Assembly: GCA_964407965.1 (NCBI GenBank)
Contig: CAYOXN010000003.1
Location: 1-30,194, forward strand
Source: an uncultured Candidatus Saccharibacteria bacterium
GTDB lineage: Bacteria; Patescibacteriota; Doudnabacteria; UBA920
Length of the DNA stretch: 30,194 bases
Direction: 5' to 3'
The notes beneath the pieces are model-generated. The model was not told the DNA's origin. It was given only the letters and a program-made list of their open reading frames with translations, and ran no database searches. Made by a program: the position numbers and the translations under genes. Position 1 is the stretch's first letter, and each line of letters opens with the position of its first letter. Below, one piece after another: positions 8,060-17,746 of the stretch.

Positions 8060-9892
8060 TTACACGGCCTGTTTAAAAAATTCTTTATACCACTCAAAAG
8101 TTTCTCGAATACCCTCTTCAAACGAGTAGCGCGATTTCCAGCCCAACACGTTTACGGCTTTTTCGTAATTGAGGCTTTGGAAAGGAATTTCGTTTACCTG
8201 GTTATTGACTACGGAATACGGGCAATTACGGCCGGTAACCAAAGAGATTTTACTTATTAAATCCAGCACCGAAAAATTGTACCCGGTACTGAAGTTAAAC
8301 GCTTCCCCTTTTACCCGCTCTATGTTTTCGGCCAGCAAAATATACCCGTCTACCACATCTTTCACATACACATAGTCGCGGACAAACGTGCCGTCGCTGC
8401 GAATTTCCAGCTTGTCGTTAAGCATTTGGCTTTTCATAATGCCGGGGACAATGCGGTTTAAATTCAAGTCCCCCGGGCCATAAATGTTGCCGAAGCGCGA
8501 AACCGCAACCGGCAGGCGGTACGTGTTGTAATAAGCAGTGGCAATTAAATCGGCGCACGATTTGGAAACGTCATACGGATGGTCGCCGTCAAGCTTTTGG
8601 TCTTCTTTGGCATCCACACAGTCTTTGCCATAAGCTTTGTCACTGGAAGCCACAACTACCCCGCGGATATACGGGCTTTTACGGGCGGCCTCTAAAATAT
8701 TTACCGTACCCATAATGTTCGTTTCGTATGTCTCTTGGGGGTTTACAAAAGCGGTAGCAACTATGGGCTGCGCGGCCAAATGGAAAATGTATTGTATTTC
8801 ATACCTCGATACCACATCAAAAACCCGCTTGGCGTCATTTACGTCACAGTGGATGTTCACCACTTTGGCGTCGAGCCCTTGCTGGTAAAAATACGACTTG
8901 GGATTTTTGGAACGTATGGTACAAAACACGTTTGCCCCAAGGGTCACCAATTTTTCCACCAAATGCGAACCCACGAGCCCTGTCCCGCCTGTTACCAACA
9001 CATTCTTGCCGCGCAAATTGTTCGGCACTGCCGTGCCGGTAACCTCGGTATGCTGTGACAAAGAAGGCAGGCTCACTTCGGGCGCCTTGGGTATACTGGG
9101 CTGGTCCCATACTTTCCAAAACGGGTCGGTTTGCCAATGCTGGTTCATTTCCTCAACTTCCTTATAGGTATCCATAGCTTTCCATTTCCCCGTATGCTTA
9201 TACAGTGCAATCTGCCCTTGTTCCGTTAAAGGTAAAAACGTCTCTTCTATCATGCTGCCTGGCTTAATATGGTTAAAAATTTCGTTCTTAAAAACCATAA
9301 AGCCGCCGTTTATGACAAAGTTATAATGCTGGTCTGCATTCTGGGATTCACCCACCAAATTTTGCCTAAAGCCTTTTACCAGTCCCGAAAGTTCGTCGTG
9401 TTCCACTATGCCAAACTTGGTCAGCGGCCGGGCGCCGGTAATGGTCGCTATTTTCCCCTTCTCCTTGTGGAAACGGAGCAAGTCCAAAATGTTTATGTCA
9501 GCCACGCCGTCGCCATAGGTGAGCATAAAATCTTCGTCGCCCACATACGGCTTTATCTGTCGTACCCGTTCGCCGGTTAGGCTTTTAAGCCCGGTGTCTA
9601 CAAAAGTAATTTTAAAATCTTCGGTACCGTTATTATGTATCTGGACATGGTCGTCTTTGGTACTTAACGTAAAGTCATGGGTAAAAGTCCGGGCATTTAA
9701 AAAGTACTCTTTTATCATATTGCCCTTGTACCCGAGCGTCAAAATAAATTCATTAAACCCATAATGGGCATATATTTTCATGATATGCCAGAGTATAGGC
9801 TTGCCACCCACTTCCACCAGGGGCTTTGGCTTAAATTCGGTTTCTTCCTTCATGCGGGTGCCCTCACCGCCGCAAAGAATAACTACTTTCAT
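8060..9892 (-). CDS. Fusion: glucose-1-phosphate cytidylyltransferase (RfbF/DdhA-like) + CDP-glucose 4,6-dehydratase-like SDR (RfbG/DdhB-like)
   Basis: N-half: ILCGGEGTR, KPKPLVEVG, TYGDGVAD, INGGF, ends PFWKVW. C-half: VLVTGGTGLVG, HLAAQPIV, SSDKAYG, PYDVSK, RFGNIYGPGD. Confidence 0.85.
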   Translation of the reverse strand: MKVVILCGGEGTRMKEETEFKPKPLVEVGGKPILWHIMKIYAHYGFNEFILTLGYKGNMIKEYFLNARTFTHDFTLSTKDDHVQIHNNGTEDFKITFVDTGLKSLTGERVRQIKPYVGDEDFMLTYGDGVADINILDLLRFHKEKGKIATITGARPLTKFGIVEHDELSGLVKGFRQNLVGESQNADQHYNFVINGGFMVFKNEIFNHIKPGSMIEETFLPLTEQGQIALYKHTGKWKAMDTYKEVEEMNQHWQTDPFWKVWDQPSIPKAPEVSLPSLSQHTEVTGTAVPNNLRGKNVLVTGGTGLVGSHLVEKLVTLGANVFCTIRSKNPKSYFYQQGLDAKVVNIHCDVNDAKRVFDVVSRYEIQYIFHLAAQPIVATAFVNPQETYETNIMGTVNILEAARKSPYIRGVVVASSDKAYGKDCVDAKEDQKLDGDHPYDVSKSCADLIATAYYNTYRLPVAVSRFGNIYGPGDLNLNRIVPGIMKSQMLNDKLEIRSDGTFVRDYVYVKDVVDGYILLAENIERVKGEAFNFSTGYNFSVLDLISKISLVTGRNCPYSVVNNQVNEIPFQSLNYEKAVNVLGWKSRYSFEEGIRETFEWYKEFFKQAV

Positions 9893-9950
9893 ACAATATC
9901 TTTAATAAGACTCTTAATTATACCCAATCTCCCTTGTCCGGTCAAAGCGG

Positions 9951-10832
9951 TTATTTGGCCAAACCTAACCGTTTTTTGACATATAAATTCAGGTTTTTAC
10001 CCAAAATCATGGTATGGACAATGAGCCGGTTAAACAGCGTAACGGAAGAAAACCCCTTATGGAGTGCGCGGAGATGGAGAAAAGGCAACCAGGAATACCC
10101 AAGCCGCATTTGCCATATGACCTGCTCGGGATGGGCGTCGCGTCCGCCTGCAAATTGTTCCTCGCTATGCACTGACAAACCTACGCCGTATAACGTACGG
10201 AAAGCAATATTCAACAATGTCATGTCATGCCGGAACAATGTACAGTCACGCCAGAACGGGTTTTTATTTACCCCTTTGTTGCGCCAAGCTTCTGCTGGGG
10301 AAAAACCCAGCGCCAAACCGGCGCGTGCCGCTTGGTAAATCCAATCTATGGCCGGTTGGGCTTTCCCGCCTTTGGCAAAACCAAAAATTCCCGCATGTAA
10401 ATTTTGGAGCCCAAACAGGTCCGGCTGTATGCCAAACATTTTTATATAACTGGCAGGCGTTATATCGCCCAACGTCCCGCCTTGGTAAATAAGGAACATA
10501 CCGTCCCGGTCAATGGCATCAAATATGCCGTCGAGGGGTTTTAACACCTGGCAGCCGGCATCCAAATAAAAATTCAAGTCCGCCATGGGGTGTTTAAATA
10601 TGTACGGCTTCCAAGTGTAACAACTGCGCCAAAAGGGCACAAAAGCCGGCACGTCTATGAGTCGCACCCCTTCTATGGAACTTATTTCCCGCTTAAAATT
10701 CGGCAGCAACCCCAAATTATAAACGTAAATAGGCGGATGGTTGGGATAAGCATGCTTAATTGAACCCAACAAGTTGAGCAGCGAAGGGAAAAACTTATTT
10801 GAAGCAGAAGTTATAATGGCTCGCGTTTTCAT
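9951..10832 (-). CDS. Putative GT-A-fold glycosyltransferase, DUF1647-like
   Basis: ITSASNKFF, VYNLGL, YTWKP, FYLDAG and RHDMTLLN resemble the DUF1647 / GT8-GT77-like motif order; sits in the polysaccharide operon. Confidence 0.6.
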   Translation of the reverse strand: MKTRAIITSASNKFFPSLLNLLGSIKHAYPNHPPIYVYNLGLLPNFKREISSIEGVRLIDVPAFVPFWRSCYTWKPYIFKHPMADLNFYLDAGCQVLKPLDGIFDAIDRDGMFLIYQGGTLGDITPASYIKMFGIQPDLFGLQNLHAGIFGFAKGGKAQPAIDWIYQAARAGLALGFSPAEAWRNKGVNKNPFWRDCTLFRHDMTLLNIAFRTLYGVGLSVHSEEQFAGGRDAHPEQVIWQMRLGYSWLPFLHLRALHKGFSSVTLFNRLIVHTMILGKNLNLYVKKRLGLAK

Positions 10833-10835
10833 GTC

Positions 10836-12167
10836 TTACATGTTTCCTATGAGCGCCCGGCCCATATAACGGAACTGGCCGCGGCCAGCTTTAAAAAATA
10901 TTAAGCCAAACGGTATAAACGAATACGAAATTAAAGTTGCCCAAGCCGCCCCATATATGCCATACCGCGGGATAAACACCACGTTCAGCGTTACATTCAA
11001 CACCATGCCTAACAAATTTAGGAACAGGGAAATTTTGGTCAATTTTTCACTGGTCAAATACTGGTTGACTATGGTAGCCAGTGTAACCGATATGCCAGCC
11101 CAGACGTAAATTTTCAAAACCCCGGCCGCTGGCAAAAAGGCCACCCCATACAACAACTTTATTATAAAAGGGGCGAGGAGCGATATGGGCACTATAAACG
11201 CCAAAGCCAGCATGGTACTAAAAAAATACAGTCGGGTAATGCGGCTTTCAAACAAAGCCTGGTTGGTTTTTTTTGCGTTAATTATTGCCGGGAAGACCGA
11301 GCCTATAATAATGCTCGGGAACACATACCATAGCTCTGCCAGCCTCACGCCCGTATCGTACAGGCCTACCGAGGTTTGGTCCAAATATTGCTTTATCATT
11401 ACTTGGTCTATGCGGGAATACACGAACGTAAAGGCTGCAGAAAGTATAAGCGGCCACGAAGCCGCAAACATGGTTTTGGCGGTAGACTTTGCCCACTGCC
11501 ATTTCCATATGCTTAACCCGGCTAGCCTATATATGACCACATAGCCAACCGCGTTCAGCACCGCTTCTATAAAATAAATAAGCAAAAAGTAACCCACGGT
11601 TAAACCGAGTTTTACGAATATTATTTTTAAGGCCGAAAGCACAAGGTTCAAAGACAGCGAAAGCAAGACCGTGGGTTTGCTGTTCACGCCGGCTTGAAAA
11701 TAAATGTTTATGACATTTAGCGGCTGAAAGAAAAAGGATGCGGCAACAACAGCCATTAAAAAATTGGTATACGGCGTGTTGCCAGCCGCGAACGAAGCAA
11801 TAAAAACCGAAATAAATGCCAAAACGCCGCCAATAACTTTAAGCCCAAACGCCGTACCTAAATATGCGTCGCGCTTTTCCGGTTCTTTAACCAAATCTAC
11901 GTATAAAATATTATCTACGCCCAACGTTGCAATAAACGCAAAAATTCCGGTAAAGCTTACCACATAACTCAACAACCCCCACGAAGAAGGCCCCAAATAC
12001 CGAGTGACATACACGCTGACAAAAAATGCCAAAACCAAGCTGGCCATACGGCCAGCCAAATTCCACCCGGTATGGAAAAAATACCGACGCGGGCCTTCTT
12101 GGCTGAATTTTTCCGCTACGGCTTGGGGCATGAGCCAATTTATAATTGTATGCGCCATGTTTCCCAT
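10836..12167 (-). CDS. wzx: Polysaccharide/O-antigen flippase (Wzx, MOP superfamily)
   Basis: 443 aa, about 12 TM; RYLGPSSWG, YSRIDQVMI, VGLYDTGVRL, IPRYGIYGAAWAT. Confidence 0.9.
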   Translation of the reverse strand: MGNMAHTIINWLMPQAVAEKFSQEGPRRYFFHTGWNLAGRMASLVLAFFVSVYVTRYLGPSSWGLLSYVVSFTGIFAFIATLGVDNILYVDLVKEPEKRDAYLGTAFGLKVIGGVLAFISVFIASFAAGNTPYTNFLMAVVAASFFFQPLNVINIYFQAGVNSKPTVLLSLSLNLVLSALKIIFVKLGLTVGYFLLIYFIEAVLNAVGYVVIYRLAGLSIWKWQWAKSTAKTMFAASWPLILSAAFTFVYSRIDQVMIKQYLDQTSVGLYDTGVRLAELWYVFPSIIIGSVFPAIINAKKTNQALFESRITRLYFFSTMLALAFIVPISLLAPFIIKLLYGVAFLPAAGVLKIYVWAGISVTLATIVNQYLTSEKLTKISLFLNLLGMVLNVTLNVVFIPRYGIYGAAWATLISYSFIPFGLIFFKAGRGQFRYMGRALIGNM

Positions 12168-12172
12168 AAGTC

Positions 12173-13816
12173 TTAAACTTTCCTAAAAACGCTAATGGAA
12201 TCTTGGGTTTCTACAAACACCACCCGGGGGTCACGTTTTAATTCTTTAACCAAGCGTATTGGCCCTTCCCAACCTTCAAACGCCCCGGGAATGGAAGTAA
12301 CCGGCGCTGAGTCATGGAAAGCTATATACCCGCCTTGGGCTATCCGGCTAACCCAATCTTCAAAATCCTGCCTGACTGCGCCATATTCATGGTCCCCGTC
12401 TATAAAAATAAAATCAAACGCATGCTGCCACGTTTTCACGACATTATAACTGAAGTCCTTGTAAAAATGGAACTTGGGATAAAATTCCATATTCGTGCGA
12501 ATTTTTTCTTCGCTGCCCACCAGCTGTTTGTTCATGCTGTCGGGAATTATAGGGTCTATGCCGTATATAGGGGCCGTGGCCACCGTTGCCATTTCCCGGG
12601 TAGTGCCGCCGTCCAACACCCCAATCTCCACTATGCCTTGCCGCGCACCCTGGGCATACCGTTTTAACAAGGCCACCTCCACATCGGTGCTGAAGCGTTT
12701 ATTTTCTTTTGCCAGCGCATTCACCAAACGCAGCCTGACAATGTCTTTGGCAATTTTAAAAAATGTTTTTGGCTGGCTAAACAACAACTGGAGTTTGTAG
12801 GTAACCTTTCTCACGGAAGGGTTAAGGTTATGCTGCCTCAAGAACCAATATAATATTTTTTTTATGGGCAATTTCAGGTACTGCGAAATTACATACACGC
12901 GCAGCCCTACCAATTGCTTGCGAAGCTTAAAATACCTCCGCACCACCGGTTGTATGGAATTTATATTATAACCGCAGCCCGGGACTTTTTCGGGTAAGGC
13001 AAACGTGTACTGTTGGAATAATTTGGTCTGGGTGAATTTTTGCAAAAATTCCTTATGCTTTTCGTATAAGTACCCGGCATTGCGGTTTATGACGCGTCCA
13101 TATTCCGGATGAGGGTTCGTCCGTGTGCCACCCCATTTGAGTTCCGACTCAAAGGCCAAAGCAAACACTATATTAACCCTTCCGGCTATGAGGCACCGGA
13201 GCGACAAGTCGTGGTTGTCATACGTGTAGGGTGCCAACGCTTCGTCCATAACGCCTATTTCCTTAACTACGGAAAACGATATGGCTTCCGGACTCCGCAC
13301 GCCGACCATGCGTTTTACCGCCATGCCCGGCAAGAGTGGGTCGGCACACATACCTATGCTAAAAGCGCTTTCTATAAGTTCCCGTTCTTCTATTTTTTTC
13401 GTCTCATGGTTTAAGGCTATGTTGACGCCATGGCGAAAAACCAATGTCCCGACGTTTTCATAACCGTAATAGTCGTATACCCTGGTAATTTTTTCTTCCA
13501 ATTCCGGATCCTTCAGCACTACGTCGTCCTGTAATATTATATTTGTCCCCCGCCCTTCCATAGGCACCGTTTTGAGCGCTATGTTTATGGAGCGGATTTC
13601 ATGGACATCCGGCGCATATATTTTCTGCAGGCTAATATGCGGATACTCTTTGGCAAGCCGATCAATAATATTTTCTGTATCATCCGTGCAGCCGTCCAGT
13701 ACGGGATACACATAGCTATTTTCCCGGCAGGCGGCAAACACACCTTTGAGCACCTGCTCTATTAAATCCTGCTTGTTGTGGATGGTAATAATGTAATTGA
13801 AACGAAAATCTTTCAT
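12173..13816 (-). CDS. Fusion: GT2-like glycosyltransferase + class I SAM methyltransferase (Methyltransf_24-like)
   Basis: N-half: IITIHNK, DGCTDDT, ILQDD, YDNHDLSLR. C-half: VEIGVLDG, FDFIFIDGDHEY, GGYIAFHD. ATG at 13816 preferred over TTG at 13822. Confidence 0.8.
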   Translation of the reverse strand: MKDFRFNYIITIHNKQDLIEQVLKGVFAACRENSYVYPVLDGCTDDTENIIDRLAKEYPHISLQKIYAPDVHEIRSINIALKTVPMEGRGTNIILQDDVVLKDPELEEKITRVYDYYGYENVGTLVFRHGVNIALNHETKKIEERELIESAFSIGMCADPLLPGMAVKRMVGVRSPEAISFSVVKEIGVMDEALAPYTYDNHDLSLRCLIAGRVNIVFALAFESELKWGGTRTNPHPEYGRVINRNAGYLYEKHKEFLQKFTQTKLFQQYTFALPEKVPGCGYNINSIQPVVRRYFKLRKQLVGLRVYVISQYLKLPIKKILYWFLRQHNLNPSVRKVTYKLQLLFSQPKTFFKIAKDIVRLRLVNALAKENKRFSTDVEVALLKRYAQGARQGIVEIGVLDGGTTREMATVATAPIYGIDPIIPDSMNKQLVGSEEKIRTNMEFYPKFHFYKDFSYNVVKTWQHAFDFIFIDGDHEYGAVRQDFEDWVSRIAQGGYIAFHDSAPVTSIPGAFEGWEGPIRLVKELKRDPRVVFVETQDSISVFRKV

Positions 13817-13830
13817 GGTCAAATGTTTAT

Positions 13831-15927
13831 CTATTTTTTAACTTGGGTTAGGTAATAATGGTACATTTTAGCCAAACCCTCACGCAATGTGTAGCGATGG
13901 CGCCACCCGGCTTGGTGCAGCCGGGAAGGGTCCATGAGTTTCCTGGGCATGCCATCGGGCTTGGTGGCGTCAAAAACCAGCTTGCCTTGGTAACCCACGA
14001 CTTCTTTCATGGCTTCTGCCACTTCGCGTATGGAAATGTCTTCCCCGGTACCTACGTTTACAAATTGCTTCTCATTATAGTGTAACATTATCCACACCAC
14101 CGCATCAGCCAAGTCATCCACATACATAAACTCGCGGCGGGCATTGCCCGTACCCCAAATAACCACTTCGGGATCGTTTTGCATTTTAGCCTGGTGCATG
14201 CGGACCATAATTCCCGGCAAAACGTGCGAACTTTGGGGGTCAAAATTGTCATTCTCGCCGTAAAGGTTTGTGGGCATGCATGAAATAAATGTTTTGCCGT
14301 ATTGCTCGTAAATCATTTCGCAAAACTTTATGCCGGCTGACTTTGCCACGGCATACCCTTCGTTGGTGGGCTCAAATTTGCCCGTCAGGAAATATTCTTC
14401 CTTCATGGGCTGGGGCGACTCGCGCGGGTATATGCAGCTGCTGCCCAAAAACAAAAATTTCTTAACGCCGTAGACATGGGAAAACCAAATAAGGTTGTTT
14501 TGGATTTGCAAGTTCTCGTTTAAAAAGTCGGCCAAATGCTCCATGTTGGCTTTTATGCCCCCGACCCGGGCGGCGCAGTCTATAACATATTCCGGCCGTT
14601 CCGTTTCAAAAAATTCCTTTACCGCTTGCTGGTTAGTCAGGTCAAGTTCCTTGCGGCTGCGCAAGACCAAGTTGGTAAAGCCGGCAGCCACCAGTTTGCG
14701 CACCACTGCCGAGCCCACCATGCCATTATGGCCAGCCACATAAATTTTAGAAGTAGGTTGCATAGTTGGGTTTAGTAAGTTTTGAATGGTAACTAAATCT
14801 TCCGGTAAAAGCTCGGGATGGTTGGGGAAATAAAACCCGGCCGCATGGATTTGCCCGGCCCAAGCGCAGCTGTCCAAACTCGCAGCATGCTTTTTAAAAA
14901 ACGGCTGTTGGGTCATGTCCCCGGCAATAACCGGACGGATTTCCACGCCTGCTTCCTCAAACGTCCTGCGGTAACGTTCGGCTGTTTCCCGATTTTTACA
15001 GACCACCGGCATGGCAAACGCAGAAATGGTTTGCATATGGGAAAGCTTCAGCGGAATAAAGTCGCTGTTCTTTTCAATATGCTTTTGGAAAAAAGCAAAT
15101 TGGTTGGCGCGCTTTTCCACTATTTCGTCCCAAAAAGCCATTTGGCTGTTGCCCAAAAATCCGGAAATTTCCGTGGGCCGCGCATTGTAAGCCAATTCAT
15201 AAAACGTATACTTGCTGTAAAACTCGGAAATGCCGTTGTTGAGTCGCAACTGGCTTTTTAAGGAATCACTAACGTCCCTGTCCCAACCGTGCGCCCTAAC
15301 CATGACAAGCATGGAGTACAACTCTTCGTCGTCGGTGCAGACCATGCCGCCTTCTATGGTGGAAAGGTGGTGCCCCACAAAAAAGGAAAACGTGGAAGCC
15401 TGTCCAAAATTCCCGAGCAGCTTGTTAAACGCGCGGGAACCCAAAGCCTCGCAATTGTCTTCCAAAAAAACTATGCCGTGTTGCCGGCAAAGTTCGCTTA
15501 TGGCCTGCAGGTCGTCGCAAAAACCCAGCGCATTGGTAATGAACAAGCCCTGCAGCTGCGGCAGGTGGGGCATGAGCGTGCGCGGAGAGACATTTAACGT
15601 GTCCAGTTCGCAGTCTATAGGTACAGCCACCAAACCCAATTGCATAAGCGGCATGACGTTGGTGGCCCATGTAAGGGCCGAGACGCCTACCCTGTCGCCA
15701 CGCTTAAGCCGGCCCAAGTTTAGCAGGGCCTGTATTAGCACTAAGTTGGCCATGCTGCCGTTACTCACAAACACCGCATATCGCCGCTGTTGTTTTTGGG
15801 CAAAGGCAAGTTCAAATTGCCTGCACTGCTCTTTCATGCTCAACGTGCCGGCATTGGCTATAAACTGCGCCAACTGCGCTTTGGTCTCCGCCTCCTTATA
15901 AAAACTAGATTTCATGAGTTTAATCAT
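13831..15927 (-). CDS. Fusion: ColD-like GDP-4-keto-6-deoxymannose 3-dehydratase + GDP-L-fucose/colitose synthase (Fcl/ColC)
   Basis: N-half DegT fold with NGSMAN, EDNCE and [15 protein letters not shown] (His at the Schiff-base Lys position). C-half: [52 protein letters not shown]. Confidence 0.88.
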   Translation of the reverse strand: MIKLMKSSFYKEAETKAQLAQFIANAGTLSMKEQCRQFELAFAQKQQRRYAVFVSNGSMANLVLIQALLNLGRLKRGDRVGVSALTWATNVMPLMQLGLVAVPIDCELDTLNVSPRTLMPHLPQLQGLFITNALGFCDDLQAISELCRQHGIVFLEDNCEALGSRAFNKLLGNFGQASTFSFFVGHHLSTIEGGMVCTDDEELYSMLVMVRAHGWDRDVSDSLKSQLRLNNGISEFYSKYTFYELAYNARPTEISGFLGNSQMAFWDEIVEKRANQFAFFQKHIEKNSDFIPLKLSHMQTISAFAMPVVCKNRETAERYRRTFEEAGVEIRPVIAGDMTQQPFFKKHAASLDSCAWAGQIHAAGFYFPNHPELLPEDLVTIQNLLNPTMQPTSKIYVAGHNGMVGSAVVRKLVAAGFTNLVLRSRKELDLTNQQAVKEFFETERPEYVIDCAARVGGIKANMEHLADFLNENLQIQNNLIWFSHVYGVKKFLFLGSSCIYPRESPQPMKEEYFLTGKFEPTNEGYAVAKSAGIKFCEMIYEQYGKTFISCMPTNLYGENDNFDPQSSHVLPGIMVRMHQAKMQNDPEVVIWGTGNARREFMYVDDLADAVVWIMLHYNEKQFVNVGTGEDISIREVAEAMKEVVGYQGKLVFDATKPDGMPRKLMDPSRLHQAGWRHRYTLREGLAKMYHYYLTQVKK

Positions 15928-16948
15928 ATTGCGCCTGTTCTGCCTGGGTCATTATTTGGACCAATTCCAAAAATCCGACTTTTGGCTGCCAGCCAAGCTG
16001 GGTTTTGGCTTTGCTTGCGTCCCCGAGCAGCAAATCCACCTCAGCCGGCCTAAAATAATGCGGATCTATTTCTATAATTATATTGCCGGTATTTTTGTCT
16101 ATGCCTTTTTCGTATAAACCTTGATCTACCCAAATTATATCCATACCTAACTCTCGGCCGGTAGCTTCCACAAATTCCCGCACCGTATGGGTTTGGCCTG
16201 TGGCCAAAACATAGTCGTCAGGTTTTTCCTGTTGGAGCATAAGCCACATGCCTTCCACGTAGTCTTTGGCATAACCCCAATCGCGCTTGGCATCCAAGTT
16301 GCCCAAGTATAACTTTTTGTCCAACCCTTTTTTAATGCGCACGAGCCCGCGGGTAATTTTGCGGGTCACGAACGTTTCGCCGCGCCGGGGGGATTCATGG
16401 TTAAACAATATCCCGTTACAGGCAAACAAATTGTAACTCTCCCGGTAGTTTACCGTTAGCCAGTATGCAAAAACTTTTGCAGCGCCATAAGGCGAACGCG
16501 GGTAAAACGGCGTAGTTTCTTTTTGCGGCACTTCCATGACCTTGCCGAACATTTCGGAAGAAGAGGCTTGGTAAAATTTGGTCTTAAGCCCGGTTTCGCG
16601 TATGGCATCAAGCAGCCGTAGCGTACCAAGGCCCGTAACATCAGCCGTGTATTCGGGTATGTCAAAACTGACGCGCACATGGCTTTGCGCGCCCAAATGG
16701 TAAATTTCATCGGGCTTTATTTTTTCGAGCAGCCGGGAAATATTACTCGCATCGGACAAGTCGCCATAATGCAAAATGAGCCGCTTATGCTCTTCATGCG
16801 GATCTTCAAATATGTGGTTTATCCGGCCGGTATTGAACGTCGAAGAGCGGCGGATAATGCCATGAACTTCGTAGCCCTTTTCGAGCAACAACTCCGCCAA
16901 ATAACTTCCATCTTGTCCGGTTATACCGGTTATAAATGCCCTTTTCAT
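15920..16948 (-). CDS. gmd: GDP-mannose 4,6-dehydratase
   Basis: [74 protein letters not shown]. Confidence 0.97.
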   Translation of the reverse strand: MKRAFITGITGQDGSYLAELLLEKGYEVHGIIRRSSTFNTGRINHIFEDPHEEHKRLILHYGDLSDASNISRLLEKIKPDEIYHLGAQSHVRVSFDIPEYTADVTGLGTLRLLDAIRETGLKTKFYQASSSEMFGKVMEVPQKETTPFYPRSPYGAAKVFAYWLTVNYRESYNLFACNGILFNHESPRRGETFVTRKITRGLVRIKKGLDKKLYLGNLDAKRDWGYAKDYVEGMWLMLQQEKPDDYVLATGQTHTVREFVEATGRELGMDIIWVDQGLYEKGIDKNTGNIIIEIDPHYFRPAEVDLLLGDASKAKTQLGWQPKVGFLELVQIMTQAEQAQYD

Positions 16949-17240
16949 ATATTTTGTAAATAGATTATCTTACAACAGTTTAGGCTATTGCGAGAGATTT
17001 CTGTAATTAATATCTAATTATTCTAATTACCCTAATTAACCTAAACAATGACTAATGTCCAAATGTAAAAAATTGTACCATAGCATGCTCCTGTGGAATT
17101 TTAGTCATTTAAGCATTGGGGTTTATTTAGACTAATTAGGTCAATTAGAAATTAGACATTCCCCAACTTCATACCTTTTACCACCTTTGACTAGCTGGTC
17201 TACGAACTGTGCATCTGTGGTTATCAGTGATCAGTGGATA

Positions 17241-17486
17241 TTACCAGTCTTTCGTCCCCTCCCTGACTTTGCCTTTAATTTTTTGGTAGGTATCTACGGC
17301 TTTCTGTTCCACTTCCGGTGAAAGCATTCTTAACAACTCGTGGCCAAGTATGCGGTATTGCTTGCCTATTTTGTTTGCCCTTAAAAGCCCATTTTTTAAC
17401 ATGCGTTTAATAGTGCTGTTGCTGACTTTTAAAAGTTCCTGGGCTTCTTGGGGGGTATACACTTCGTGGGGTTTAATTTCTGGCAT
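17241..17486 (-). CDS. Small excisionase-like (HTH_17/MerR-type) DNA-binding protein
   Basis: VYTPQEAQELLKVSNSTIKRMLKNGLLRANKIGKQYRI matches the HTH_17 pattern. Confidence 0.85.
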   Translation of the reverse strand: MPEIKPHEVYTPQEAQELLKVSNSTIKRMLKNGLLRANKIGKQYRILGHELLRMLSPEVEQKAVDTYQKIKGKVREGTKDW

Positions 17487-17524
17487 AAAGAATTTTGTTT
17501 CAGACTGTATTATACAATATTAAA

Positions 17525-17563
17525 TGACACCCATATGGTATCATAGGGTGTCATTGGGTGTCA
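17525..17563. repeat. Three phased 10-bp direct repeats plus one inverted copy upstream of the HTH gene
   Basis: TATGGTATCA (17534), TAGGGTGTCA (17544), TTGGGTGTCA (17554), and inverted TGACACCCAT (17525). Confidence 0.7.
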
Positions 17564-17584
17564 AAATATTCAATTTTTGCAAAT

Positions 17585-17746
17585 TAAGACTTACGCGCTT
17601 GCCCTCTGGCAAGGCATTTTATGAGCAATTTGCGAGGCGTAGCGAGCTACGGTGAACAAATGCGGAATAAAATAACGCAGCCAGGGGGCAAGCCCGTTGC
17701 GGGTTTGGATCCCGTTATGGCTAAGTAGCCAAACGCGTAAGTCTTA
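17585..17746. mobile_element. MITE-like 162-bp intergenic element with 13-bp terminal inverted repeats
   Basis: TAAGACTTACGCG (17585-17597) / CGCGTAAGTCTTA (17734-17746); inner IR GCTTGCCCTCTGGC / GCCAGGGGGCAAGC; non-coding. Confidence 0.5.

Noticed and set aside
15230-15901. 223-aa plus-strand ORF and similar long antisense ORFs (7140-7847, 18962-19582)
   Set aside because: Fully overlap well-supported minus-strand enzymes, with no motifs or RBS.
17241-17486. Prophage/ICE excisionase marking an integrated element
   Set aside because: No integrase, tRNA att site or phage genes in the window.
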